The notes under the pieces were generated by a model, which was given only the letters and a program-made list of their open reading frames with translations, made no database searches and was not told where the DNA came from. Of a stretch of 64,000 nt of DNA, positions 33,564-48,522 are shown piece after piece. Position numbers and translations under genes: made by a program. Numbering within the stretch: position 1 is the stretch's first letter; each line of letters opens with the position of its first letter. Source of the DNA: Cyanophora paradoxa CCMP329 (taxonomy: Eukaryota; Plantae; Glaucophyta); contig QPMI01000614.1 in assembly GCA_004431415.1 (NCBI GenBank), forward strand, positions 108,359-172,358, given 5' to 3'.

Positions 33564-36043
33564 ATGCGCGGCGTCGGTCACCCTCCGAGGCTCCGGTTCA
33601 TTGCAAACCCCAACCGTATATACGTACCCTGTCCGACCCAGTACCGGGTACTGGACTGGGTACTCCGAACGACACCACACTGTGACCTCTAGGCCTGTGC
33701 GGCGCTGCGTCAGTCTGCCACGATGCAGTCGCGCATCGCTGGGGCCCGAAATTCCACGCGGTACTCGTCAGGCAACAATCAACTGGCGGATCAAGAGCGG
33801 ACAAAGTATGGCTACTCGTCGAAGCTGGGACATGCAAGGTTCGCAGAGACAGGGATCGGTGCTCGGTCGAGCCCGGCCTGCGTAGAGACGAGAGCTAGGA
33901 TCCGGGACGCTCCTAGACCCTCGGCTCCCCTCCCGGCGATATTTGAATCGTGGCGAGCTCGAGTTCGACCCCAGCGTCGCTTGTCAAAGGATATCTAGAC
34001 CCTGAACCTAGCTCGTCCGCAACCTGCGGTGAACGCGGCGATTAGCTAACCCCTTTCAGGTGGACGGACATGCACGAGGTCGACCGCCACATGAAGCGGT
34101 ATGCCCGCCCGGCTATCGCTAACGCATCGTCGCCCGTGATTGATCGTGCTCATCGCCATTAGCCTGCGTTTGATAAGCAACGCCATGGCGATCCTGGCCT
34201 GTCTGACCATCATCATGGCGATACTACAATTGGAGCTTTCGTGGTCTCTGATTGGCACAGCGCACGGCGATATCTCGGGCTCGCCTTCCATTAATTTTGT
34301 GAAGGCGTTGACCACTGTTCTCTGCATTCTACTCGTGATATCCCTAATTATGTACTACTCTACTGTGGTAAGTAATCGTAATCTTCTTAGCTCCCTGAGC
34401 TTTCCATGTATAGCTGATCCTAATCGTCATTCTTAGCTCACTGAGCTTAGCTGATCGTAATCGTGATTCTTATAATTAGGTTCTTAGCTTAGCTTAGCTT
34501 CATCTGGTTTGCTCTTCACACTCTCCATTCCTTTCCTCGGGCTCTCGAGCAGCCCATAATCCGCCTGCAGGTTGAATACGAAATTTCACGTTGTCAGCTT
34601 CCCAAGCGGTGCACAATCGCAGGCTCAGGGCATCTCACAGCGATGCTATTCGAAATCGTTGTCTGCGCCATTCACTGCCCACCATTCGTCCAGTACATCG
34701 GCAGCTACAACCTTCAAAACCTCCTTTGCGCCTTCATGTTTCCGCGAATCTACCTCCTGTTTCGGTTCATGGCGATTCGCTCGCGGCTCTTCACCCCAAG
34801 TGGGCGCTTCATAGAGAACATCACTCGCGTCGAGTTCTCCTACGCCATGGTTTTCAAGACGGCGCTATATCGTAGCCCGCTCCTCACCTTGTGTATCGTG
34901 TTTGGCACCTTGATGGTTCAGCGCTTTCTTTTTGTTATTTGGCTCAGACTTACGTGCCGTCAGTCCGTCTCGAGTTATTGTATATTTATTTTCGAGCGCT
35001 GGAGTGCCTTTATGACGCCAGAAACTGACGATGATAACAGGATGGCGCGAGCCGATTCTTTTAGCTTTTCGCTCCTGATGAGATTCTCATCCCTTTTCGC
35101 TTTCGCACCGCAGCATTTGACGAACATCACGTGGCTCACGTTCATAACCGTCTTCACAGTGGGCTACGGAGATATTTTCCCGCTCACGCATGAAGGCCGA
35201 GTTGTGGCAATCCTTGCAGCGTGCACGGGAACGTCGATCACAGCATTGCTGATCGCTGTTGTTAGCAATGCTCTGACTCTTGATGACGGAGAGAAGAAGG
35301 TCCGTGATTTCTGCGGGTAATATGAATCAGGGACCTACTTATTTCGTTTCAGGTCGTCACATTCCTGGATCGCGACGAGGTTTTGCCTCTCTCTTCTCTG
35401 CACTGTGAAGTGCTTACTGACTCTAACTGCTCGCTTCTAGTATCGCAAGCAAGTCAAGGAGGCAGCTGCTCGTTGCATACAGGCGGCATATTTCAGATGG
35501 AAGAGCGAGGTGATTTGTTGTTTCCTGTCTGTTGCTGTTGATATGCTGATTGCATCTTTCACAGTCGAGTCACCGACGGGAAATCATTGTCCGCAGTGGA
35601 CCGCCAAAGCTACTGGATCCACAGGAGCTCGAGCATGAGCTCTATTTTCAGCTGAAGGAGTGGCGTGAAATCAAGCGCACTGGCCGTCTTGTCCAACAAG
35701 AAAATGACATTTCTGGTGAAGTACGTTAAACGATTCAAATATCGCCCGGCCATTCCTCAGTTTGTGCAGGTTGCCTTGACCACTCTGCAAAATGCAGTCG
35801 ACTCCATCGCAAAAGACCTCCAGAATCTGACCACACATGTACACCAGGTTCGTGTGCCGCCAGTTCACCACGACTATGGGCAAAGTCTTGACAGATTTTC
35901 GTAGGCTCTCGGTCTCCCTCCTCCAGCCCCGCGCAGTGGACGCAGCAGCGGGCAGCCAACACGAAGAGCTGCAAGGGATGGGCGACAGCGGTCTGCAGGG
36001 CCCCAGAGGCAAGCTGCTTACGGTCCCCCAGAGCAGTACGTGA
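33564..36043 (+). CDS. Small-conductance Ca2+-activated (SK/KCNN-like) potassium channel (spliced; start uncertain)
   Basis: TM helices; MLFEIVVCAIHCPP; pore TWLTFITVFTVGYGDIFPLTHEGR; S6 GTSITALLIAVVSNALTLDDGEKKV; CaM-binding-like KEAAARCIQAAY. Confidence 0.9.
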
Positions 36044-36268
36044 ATCAGAGCGGTTACGTGGGCGGTCCAGGGCGAGTAGTAACCCTCTTCAATCAGTATG
36101 ATAGATAGAGAGATAGGTTTATATTCTAGATGCATGTCGGGGGCGCCGTGTGTATGTCTCTTGTGTGTATGTCTCCCACAAAGTTCCGAAGCTCCATTCC
36201 AGCCAACCTTAGCTCCTTTCGCCTTTCGTCACAACTGTACGACTCACAACCTTTCGTGCCTTATTCTG

Positions 36269-36539
36269 GGGGCAGCACGTTCTTTCCTTGAGCGTCCAGA
36301 AGTTTAGGTTTTTGGGGCGGGCTACGATTACGACCAGAACTAGAGCTACGATTACGATCAGAATTACGATCGGAATTACGATATCGATCGGGCTCAGCTA
36401 TGATGCGAAGTAGGGGCTGTATCGTGGGCTAAGTGAGCTATCATTGATTACGATCAGAATTGCGATCAGAATCAGCTATATTAACGATGTGTATTTGCTT
36501 GGTGTAGCTATAGACTCCATCAATAAGGTCCGTCCTTTC
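36269..36539. other. Mosaic filler: TPR-exon copy + TTACGA words + CLEC16A exon/intron copy
   Basis: 36269-36296 is identical to 37903-37930. 36297-36475 shares words with 19470-19640. 36476-36539 matches 15789-15846. Confidence 0.85.
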
Positions 36540-36953
36540 AAAGTTTCTGTTCTGCAATCTACACCAGCTGCTCGAGCTCCGCATCCGCTAGCGCTGGCCC
36601 AAGCCCCGGCATGGCCGGCGCCGGCGCCTTTGCTAGATATCTGCGTTCATGATCAGCGCGAGCGTAGACACGCAAGCTAGCTAGCTGCAGCTGCAGCTGC
36701 AACCTTAGCTTCCCCATGCAACCCCTATCGCAATTACGTATACCCTTTTTTTTTAGCCAGTCTCCAGCAAAATCGGTTTGAACGAGCCTGTCACAGTGTA
36801 CCCCCCTCGAGCTAGAAATTGGTCCGCCGACTTCACTTCACAAGTTCACTCCACTAGCAAGCTCCAGTGTTCGTGTGAACGCCCACGCAGCTGCAGCCTT
36901 TGTTAGCAGAGCTCCGCGCTCTCTTCAGTAGACATGAAAGTGAATTAGGTCTC

Positions 36954-38358
36954 ATGTTTAACATGTTCGAGGGGCCCCACAAGGCCGCCCGCAGGCGATT
37001 TCCTCCGCTTTCAGCTGCGCCCGTCGTTCTTTCCGCTCGGGATGATCCCACCGAGCACGTTAATGCGCCGTCATCTGCCCCGCTGCCGCATCTTCCTCCG
37101 ATTGCCAGCCAGCAGCAGCTCACAGGCCAGCAGCATATCGACCCCTCTCAGATCAACTCGCCTTTGCGAATTTTTCCTCCTCCGGCCTTCAGGTCGGTAG
37201 CGCGCACAGGCCTGAGAGCTGGCGGGGAAGGCAGAACGCCTGGAGCGAACTTGCGGGACTACGAAACCTTAGCTTTGGCATGCCAAAGGGCTGGCCGGCC
37301 GCACGCCGCCGGCATCGGTTTCTACAATCAGGCCGTCATAAACGACAATGCTCGCCAGTACCGGCAAGCGATACAGGTGCGCAAATGTCTGGTGCCTGGG
37401 CGGTTACGACGAGCTGAACGTGCGACTGCCTGCGCAGTCGTACAAGCGATTCTTAGCTGCGGTCGCCCGATCAGGAGACGCCGTGGGCGAGGCGCTCGCT
37501 TGCAATTCCCTGGGCGTGGATTTCCAGCTCCTGGGCGGAGAGAAGAACATTTTGGCCGCGATCAAGTACCACGCGAGGCACCTTGAAATCGCATCGCAGA
37601 TTTCTGACGAGGCCGGAAAGGTGAGGGCCTCACTAGATTTTAAACTTATGGGCTGATTTCTGACTTCTAGATCGCCGCCTGCTTCAACCTCGGTCTCGCG
37701 TACGATGGGACTGGGGATGTTGAGCAAGCCGTGATACATCACCAGTACGCGCTTCAGTTTGCAATTCGCATCGGGGATCTCGTCGGAGAGGTGCTGGCGT
37801 GCGCTCAGCTCGGTCATATCGCATGCAGAGAAGGCGCATTTGGAGCATCATCTTTTTGCCATCGCATTTTCGTTCCTAATCCAGCTTTTTACAGGAGACT
37901 TTGGGGCAGCACGTTCTTTCCTTGAGCGTCAATTGCACCTGTCACAGGCTCGAAGTTTTCTTGCTATTTTTCCCCTTCAGCGCGAGAACGAGCACGCAGG
38001 TACTGCGGGATAAGAGGAGCAAAGCCGTGGCGTGGATGAGTCTGGGAAACCTGGAGGACCGGGAAGCCAATCACAAGTGCGACTCCTGCAAGTCGCCCCT
38101 CTCCCCTGTCCGCGCTTGACTTCCTGGCCTGTGCAGGGAGGCTGCAAAATGCTTTGAGAAGGCGTTGCTTCTTTCGAGGCGGGCAGGTGACGACGTTCTA
38201 GCGAAGCAAGGTGACCCCTCATGATCGAAGTTGCAATCGTAGTCATTTGGGCTGCAGCGGAGTGCGCACTTGGTGTCGCTAAGGGCAGTGGACGAGTCGA
38301 GGAAGTGTACAGGACTCTCGCATTTCAGTTAGAACAAGACCCGAGTTTGGACCTGTAA
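36954..38358 (+). CDS. Tetratricopeptide-repeat protein (TTC28/TTC29-type repeats; spliced)
   Basis: FYNQAVINDNARQYRQAI, EALACNSLGVDFQLLG...AIKYHARHLEIA, AACFNLGLAYDGTGDVEQAVIHHQYAL and AVAWMSLGNL. Confidence 0.85.
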
Positions 38359-38895
38359 AAATATCTGTGCTCTATTGTGATCCTCACAGCGGAAAGCTTA
38401 AGGTGTTTAGAGAGGGGGCCTTCCAGAGAGAAAGAGAGAGAGAGAGAGCAAGTAAAAGACACTCCCAGGACTCGACTTTCAGCTCTGCGGACTTTGATTT
38501 CGATGGTTACGATTACGATATCCGGTGGCGGAGGAGATTCCAGAGTCAGCTCGACCTTGGCAGGGCAGAGCCTACAAGACTTCGGCATTTCAGTAAAAGC
38601 AAGACCCGAGCTCGATTTTTATTTGGATTTGTAGCTCGAAATCTGTGTACGTGCTCTATGGTGATTTTTCAAAGTTTCACACACCGTGGCACATCGAAAA
38701 AGGGCATCTATTCACTGAGTCATGATTGTGATTTTTCACACATCGGAATTATCGGAAAGGCGACACTGGGACCCTCATATCGGAGTGCGCCCCCGTTTGC
38801 TTTCATTCAATGATTTGGATCTCAAGACCTTTCGATTTCGATCTGACCCCTTTTCGCGCCCCCCGGCGCCCACCGCAGACTGACTCCATGCCAGG

Positions 38896-39180
38896 CCCCC
38901 GGGGCACCCCAGGGCCCGTAGGGGCTCCCGCCACCGCCCCGAGACGACCCCCCGCCACCACAAGACGCGATGCAGCACCACGCCGTGCATGCGGGCACAC
39001 GTAGCTCTAGCCAGCTAGAGTGTCCGCGGGGAGGCGCATTACTCTCCTTAGGGGGCCACGCAGGGCCCGGCCGGCCAGTTCGCTGGTGGGCTGGGCCCGC
39101 GGCCGCGGCGGCCGCAGTGTACATTCCCACGCTTGTAGCCCGGACCTGCGTTTTGGTACGTGTCCAAATGCGTACAGGCG
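38896..39180. repeat. Dispersed repeat family 5 (copy at 41357-41648; related ends at ~50815-50965, 53205-53335, 57979-57992)
   Basis: CCCCGGGGCACCCCAGGGCCCGTAGGGGCTCCC...GTGTCCAAATGCG is near-identical in two copies. The terminal word GTGTCCAAATGC recurs at the other loci. Confidence 0.85.
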
Positions 39181-40250
39181 AGCTGGCGGAGTAAATTCCA
39201 GAGTCCGCCCACTGTACTTCGACCTCGGCCTCCGCTGAAGAGCCTCGGAGATCCCATCATCCATAGCTAGCGCTATAGCTATAGCTCTCGACTCTAAACG
39301 AAAAGCTCCCGACCTACGCTCACGATGACGTAGAGGATGAAAATGCCGAGCGCTAACGCGACGCCCGACTTCCAGCGCAAGCACGTCGCGTCGTCAGCGC
39401 CGTCGTCGTCCCTCTGCATCGCCGCCGTGCCGAAGTGCGCCACGTGCGGTCTCAGGGCGGCTGCCAGCTAGCTGCCAGGCTGTAGACCGGCCGATGGTGG
39501 GGCAGGTGTAGGACCGCCGGGAGGCACACATCCGTCCCAACACGCAGACCCTGCGCGGGCGGCTCACATCGTATACAGTGGATGGATATGCATCAAGAAG
39601 TCAGGAACGACACCTGCCGACGAGCTGCGCCCAGACTCTGAGAGATCCGAGAGTCGTTCCTAGCTTCCGCGCCCGAGATGCGATGCCGGGCGTGTGCTCC
39701 TGCTGGGCGATCGGCTGAGCTAGATTGACGAGCGCTTTGAGTCACACGCGTATATCTACGTATACGTTTACGTACTCCGGTACCGTAAAACGCTTCAGGA
39801 AGCAAATTTGAATCCGGCTGCCGCAGTACGAGTGCCCTCGAGCTCGGGCCGGCAAAGAGCTCGAGTGCCAATCCGGCTGTAGCAAAAGAGTGCCGGCGCG
39901 CGAGGAGGCTGAACACGAATGCAAACGCGCTCGGTGACCGTAGCGTACGTACGCGCGCATGTCGCACGGCCGCACCGAGGGAGTGTTCATCTGCGCCAGT
40001 GTGCGCAAGTGACTCTGAACCATTGACGGTGAAGTACAGTACTTCGGCCTAGACGTATGCGGCTAGCGCTGGGATTGATATCGGCGTGGCTAGCGCTGGT
40101 CTGTTGTTAGTGCTGTTCCTCCCCCCCCCCCCCCCCTTCGGGTTACCTCCTTCCTGCAGCTGTTCAGCTGCAGAGATTTTCGATGAACCCGTAAAACGCT
40201 TCAAGCAGCAAATTTGAATCCGGCTGCCTCGTCATGCCTCGTTCCCTGCA

Positions 40251-40984
40251 TGCGTTCAGCGTAGACAGAGCTAGCTAGCTGTGTACTACGCCTGTCTGGG
40301 CTACGCATAGGAAGGTGCGGCCCTCGCTGTTGCCGGCCCGACCGTTCCCCCCCGAGGCCCGTAAGGGGAGTAACGCTCCACCCCCGCACAGCCTAGGCCG
40401 CGCGCGTGTCGTGTGCAGCGCCGCGTCGTCGTTCTTGGGCAGTGGGAGTTCCTGCAGGCCCGGCGGGGCCGGGACCCGTCGGTAGCCTGCGCGCGGGGGG
40501 GCGGCGCACGCGCGGAGGGGGGTCAGATCGAAATTGAAGCGCCCTGAAATCGAAATCGAAATCGAAGGCGCGCACTCGGGGAAAGCGCGAAAGCGCGATC
40601 CCTCCCTGGTCGATTCTGCGGGGCGGCGGAAGCGCGCAGAGGGGGGTCGGACAGCGCACTCGAAATGGTACTTTCGTCCAACTTTCGTCCAACTTTCTTA
40701 AGCTTCCAGTTGCATGGTTCTTTCGTCCAACTTTCGTCCAACTTTCTTAAGCTTCCAATTGCATGGTATTTTCGTCCAACTTTCGTCCAACTTTCTTAAG
40801 CTTCCAATTGCATGGTACTTTCGTCCAACTTTCGTCCAATCTTCTCGGCTTTGAATGCAGATCGTTCGTGGAGGATTGCAAACTGGGGATTGCGATTACG
40901 ATTGCGATTACGATTCAAACATGCAGTTTCCCCGAGCTTAATTTCGAGCTGGTGCGCGTGTCAGTGTGGGCAGGACGTATCACA
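40251..40984. mobile_element. Family X copy with internal deletion and expanded 11-mer block
   Basis: Starts TGCGTTCAGCGTAGACAG and ends GGACGTATCACA, followed by (TA)n. Lacks the middle segment seen in 21142-22018. Confidence 0.85.
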
Positions 40985-41004
40985 TATATATATATCTGCA
41001 GTGA

Positions 41005-41353
41005 TAGGTGCAGCATCACATCGTCGGTGCCACGGTGGGCGATGGGAGCTTCTGCAGGCCCGGCAGGGCCGAGGTCTGTCGGAGGGCCACTGTCCACTCG
41101 CTGTCAGGCTGTGGTTAAAGCAATTGCGTGCAGGTTTGGGCCATTTAGATCGAGAGTTACACACGCTCGGAGGCGCCTAGGCAGGAGGCGCTGAAGCAGG
41201 CTCGGCAGGCCGCAACCGAAGGCACAGAGGAGTTCCTTGAATCCGACGGGCCCGGGGGAGGCTGGGGGTTAGAATTTCGCCTGCGGCCTGCCGCACCAGC
41301 CGCTCCGCCTCCGCCGGCCCCAGCCCCGGCTCGAATGCCTGCACGAAGCGCCC
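41005..41353 (-). repeat. Inverted partial copy of 46737-47075 (family Y interior)
   Basis: Same translated segment GRFVQAFEPGLGPAEAERLVRQAAGEILTPSLPRAR on the opposite strand. Confidence 0.85.
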
Positions 41354-41718
41354 TAACCCCCGGGGCACCCCAGGGCCCGTAGGGGCTCCCGCCACCGCCC
41401 CGAGACGACCCCCCGCCACCACAAGACGCGATGCAGCACCACGCCGTGCATGCGGGCACACGTAGCTCTAGCCAGCTAGAGTGTCCGCGGGGAGGCGCAT
41501 TACTCTCCTTAGGGGGCCTCGCAGCCTTGAGTCGCAGGGCCCGGGCCGGCCAGTTCGCTGGTGGGCTGGGCCCGCGGCCGCGGCGGCCGCAGTGTACATT
41601 CCCACGCTTGTAGCCCGGACCTGCGTTTTAGTAGGTGTCCAAATGCGGACAGGATTACTCGCACATCAGGGGCCTCTAGCAGCCCATATGTTGAGCAATA
41701 ATACACATCAAAATACTC

Positions 41719-42436
41719 TTAGTGCGCGTGGTCACAACCCGGAATGCAGCTGCTGGCCCACCTGAGCAAGGAAAACATTAGATTTCCTATGCTGCATGCT
41801 CTAGCTTTATTTTCGCACCTGATGTCAAATTTGTCATCAGTCTTCATTCGCGGAAGGCTACCCAGAAGGCCTTTGCCACGACGATGCAGGGGCCTCTTTC
41901 CACCAAGTCTCCGCTCCAGTCCAGTTTGAAGCCCCGGATACAGGTGCGCAGGCCGGCGGTGCTGGCGTACTTGTTTCTGAGTCTTTTGTGCCATCAAGTG
42001 CCTGCGAAGGATCAAATGGAATCCGAATGGAATTCAAATTTACGTCGCGCGAAAGGGTCAAATGGACATCGCACCTCCGATTCGCGCGGCCTCGCTTCCA
42101 AAGCCCGACTGAACGCAGCAGCCGGAAGCGCTTGTGCGCTCCGCGGTGCGTCCGGAAAGTAGTGTGAGCCTGACGGCCGAGAGGGGTCGCCAACGGAGGT
42201 GGGCGTGCAAAGAGAGCGCGGGATGCAAGCAGTGGGCTGATGGTCGGAGGCCGGCCGGCGCGATGCGCGCTCCCCGCTGCAAGAACTGCTGCGATCGGCG
42301 CGGCGTCGATGGACATCCAGCGGCGTGCAGCCGAAATCCAGGCACGGGACGGGCACGGAACCGGCACGGCCGACGCGACCTGGTGTGCCAGTGCCGTGCG
42401 CGGCGCCAGCCGGGCGAGCGCCCGCAGCGCTAGCAT
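41719..42436 (-). CDS. Organellar (probably mitochondrial) ribosomal protein bL35 with N-terminal presequence (spliced)
   Basis: Arg/Ala/Leu-rich leader MLALRALARLAPRTALA, then FRTHRGAHKRFRLLRSVGLWKRGRANRR/HLMAQKTQKQVRQHRRP, matching the bL35 KTH...KRF...KR..A..RH...K pattern. Confidence 0.75.
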
Positions 42437-42858
42437 CTCTGGCCGCTGCTGGATGCTGCAAGGTGGCTCGAAGCCGCTCGACCGTCGGGCAGACTCGGGT
42501 TCCCGGGTACAAGTGCGAAGAAACAAAACGCATCGGTCCGGGTGCCGGTCGTGCTCAGTTGCCCCACTTCGTCAGCACACAAGTACTTGGGATCGCCCCC
42601 GCCCCAGGCCTCGTGCCCCCTCTGCTAGAGAACGCGTTCTGTCCACTATCGCTTCTTTCCCCCGTGCGAGGGCTCAGACATGTGTGCGGCCTAGACACGG
42701 TGTCGGCGATTCTTCTTTTTTCTTATTTTTTGTGTTTTGGCATAACTTGGGCTACCGTCTGGATGAGATTGGACGACCTCTAAGAAGCACTGCAAGTGGA
42801 GAAAGGGGGCACGGGGACAAGGCAGAAAACCCTGCGCCGCCCGGAGAAGTGCCGCAAT

Positions 42859-44733
<1,875 letters not shown>

Positions 44734-45257
44734 TCAGCGCGCGCGCACTCGCCAGGGGGCCGCAAGACAGCGCAGAGTTGTCTCGTGAGTGCCCTGCAGG
44801 TGGCACGGACCTTGCAGTAGCGGGATTAACCCGACTTTTTGTTTTTGGTCGTGATAGACGGTAGTCCGGTGGTACCGGAGAACTGAAAGGGGTACACCGA
44901 GCGGGTTGACGTACCCCGACACGGGGGGGGGAACTTGTATCGACCCACGACCAGAACGGGCACGCACACTCACCAGTACCCCAGACCAGCCCTAGGCTCC
45001 CCTAGCGATTTCCTCTCGAGGCGATCGATCTCAAAAATTAATTCCCCGGCGCCCCTCTCTTTTCTCCTCTCGAGGCGATGCATTCCCCGCGCCTCTTGTT
45101 CCCCTCGCCTCGGTGCGATGGGCAAGCGGGCGCGCCGAGAGCGGGACCGGCGCGCCGTCGCCCGGCAGCACTGGCACGACCCGGAGACCCTGCAGCGCGA
45201 CGAGTGGTGCGCGTGCGCGCGCGCAGCGCGGAGAAGCGTACGCATGACGCATGTGCC

Positions 45258-47240
45258 TGCGTTCAGCGTAGACAGAGCTAGCTAGCTGTGTACTACGCCT
45301 GTCTGTGCTGCGCATAGGAAGGTGCGGCCCTCGCCGTTGCCGGCCCGGCCCGGCCGTTGCCCCCCCGAGGCCCGTAAGGGGAGTAACGCTCCACCCCCGC
45401 ACAGCCTAGGCCGCGCGAGTGTCGTGTGCAGCATCGCATCGTCGTTCTTGGGCGGTGGGAGTTCCTGCAGGCCCGGCGGGGCCGGGACCCGTCGGTAGCC
45501 TGCGCGCGGGGGGGCGGCGCACGCGCGGAAGGGGGTCAGATCGGAATTGAAGCGCCCTGAAATCGAAATCGAAGGCACGCGAGGGAGACATCGACGAGGT
45601 AACACCCTGAGCTCATAGAGACCCTGCGCAACGCCCTGACGACGACCAGGTCCCGCGGCGCTTCGAGCTGGGCTATGACGATATGGAGCGCTTCCCCTCT
45701 GGTCTGAAGTACATCGACTCGGAGCGCCTCACGCGCCTGAGGCGGGAATTCTATCGCGGGCCGACTGGGCTGCAACAGGAGGTAGAGAGACTGGAGGCCG
45801 CAGCCAAGAAGATGAGAAGATGGAAAAGAGGTGCGCAAGGAGAAGAAGATGAGGTCGCAGCCAAGCAGGCGAAGAAGCGCATGCAGGTGGCCGCAGCCAA
45901 GCAGGCGATGAAGCGCAAGCAGGAGGTCGCAGCCAAGCAGGCGAAGCAGCAGCCTTCACCCCAGCAACTGGAGCAGCTGGCAAAGGCCGCAGCCGAGTGG
46001 GAGGCAAATTGGGAGGCCAAGTGTAGGGAGGCAGAGGACGAGGGCGGAGGCGAGCAGCCAAGGCCGTAGCTGAGCGGGCAGCCAAGGCCGCAGCCGAGGC
46101 CAAGGCCGCAGCCGAGGCCAAGGCTGCAGCCAAGCAGCCTCCACCCCAGTCAGCCTCTCAGCCAGCCTCTCAGCCCATGTCCTTCCAGCAGTACTTTGCC
46201 TCTTCGCACAGCTTCATTTTTCACAAGGCGGAGAAGCGGGAGTTGGAGCCTCCACCTCAGACTCCAGAGAAGAAGCAGAAGCGGGAGGCGGAGGGCCGCA
46301 GCCGAGGAAGCAGCCGAGGCCGCAGCCAAGGCCGCAGCCAGGACCGCAGCCGAGGCCACAGCCAAGGCCAGCATACAGGAGATGTGCCGTGGGAGACCCG
46401 TCCCCCCCGGAACTGATCTTGCGCTCCGCCGACCATGCGCGCCGACCCCCGCCGGCTGCTGATGGGGCGGCGTGGGGCGGGCAGAGTTCCTGGAGGGCAC
46501 CGGCTGGTCCTTCGTGCAGGCGTGCTTGGCCACGGAGCGCGGCCGCAGGGCAAACCCCGCCCAGCAGCCTCGCCGACCCGCCTCACCGCACCTCGCCAGG
46601 CCATGTTCACAGCCCTCGCCGGCTCCCTCGAGGCCCGCCTCCCCTGCTCCGAGGTGCGCCCCCCCAGCGACCCCTTGGCGTGCGCTCCCGGCTGCCCCAA
46701 GGCGCCGCGGCGACGTGGCGCCGGCGGCGGGCAGGTGGGGCGCTTCGTGCAGGCATTCGAGCCGGGGCTGGGGCCGGCGGAGGCGGAGCGGCTGGTGCGG
46801 CAGGCCGCAGGCGAAATTCTAACCCCCAGCCTCCCTCGGGCCCGTTGGATTCAAGGAGCTCCTCTGCGCCTTCGGTTGCGGCCTGCCGAGCCTGCTTCAG
46901 CGCCTCCTGCCTAGGCGCCTCCGAGCGTGTGTAACTCTCGATCTAAATGGCCCAAACCTGCACGCAATCGCTTTAACCACAGCTTGACAGTGAGTGGACA
47001 GTGGCCCTCCGACAGACCTCGGCCCTGCCGGGCCTGCAGAAGCTCCCATCGCCCACCGACGATGCGATGCTGCACACGACACTCGCGCGGCCTAGGCCGT
47101 GCGGGGGTGGAGCGTTACTCCCCTTACGGGCCTCGGGGGGGCAACGGCCGGGCCGGCAACGGCGAGGGCCGCACCTTCCTATGCGTAGCCCAGACAGGTG
47201 TAGGTCACAGATGCAGCTAGCTCTGTCTACGCTGAACACA
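45258..47240. mobile_element. ~2-kb element with ~200-bp imperfect terminal inverted repeats (X end / Y end) and Ala/Lys/Glu-rich internal ORF remnants
   Basis: Begins TGCGTTCAGCGTAGACAGAG and ends CTCTGTCTACGCTGAACACA. 45258-45475 mirrors 47030-47240. Internal ORFs 45683-46069 and 46435-46914 contain GCCGCAGCCAAG repeats. Confidence 0.7.
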
Positions 47241-47399
47241 CCTATCACGGGCGCTACTTCCCTTACAGGCCTCGGGGGGGAACAGCCGGGCCGGCAACAG
47301 CGAGGGCCGCACCTTCCGAAGTTCCCTGTGTGTTGTCCAGATAAAGGCCAAGGTTACAGCAGCTAGCTAGCCGCTAGCTAGGTCACCGGCCCAGTGAGT

Positions 47400-47994
<595 letters not shown>

Positions 47995-48522
47995 TCAGCG
48001 CGCGCGCACTCGCCAGGGGGCCGCAAGACAGCGCAGAGTTGTCTCGTGAGTGCCCTGCAGGTGGCACGGACCTTGCAGTAGCGGGATTAACCCGACTTTT
48101 TGTTTTTGGTCGTGATAGACGGTAGTCCGGTGGTACCGGAGAACTGAAAGGGGTACACCGAGCGGGGTTGACGTACCCCGACACGGGGGGGGGGAACTTG
48201 TATCGACCCACGACCAGAACGGGCACGCACACTCACCAGTACCCCCAGACCAGCCCTAGGCTCCCCTAGCGATTTCCTCTCGAGGCGATCGATCTCAAAA
48301 ATTAATTCCCCGGCGCCCCTCTCTTTTCTCCTCTCGAGGCGATGCATTCCCCGCGCCTCTTGTTCCCCCTCGCCTCGGTGCGATGGGCAAGCGGGCGCGC
48401 CGAGAGCGGGACCGGCGCGCCGTCGCCCGGCAGCACTGGCACGACCCGGAGACCCTGCAGCGCGACGAGTGGTGCGCGTGCGCGCGCGCAGCGCGGAGAA
48501 GCGTACGCATGACGCATGTGCC

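Noticed and set aside
40670-40838. Repeated GTCCAACTTTC blocks as a CRISPR array
   Set aside because: The 11-bp units are tandem or separated by repeated, non-unique spacers. They lie inside a eukaryotic dispersed repeat and there are no cas genes.
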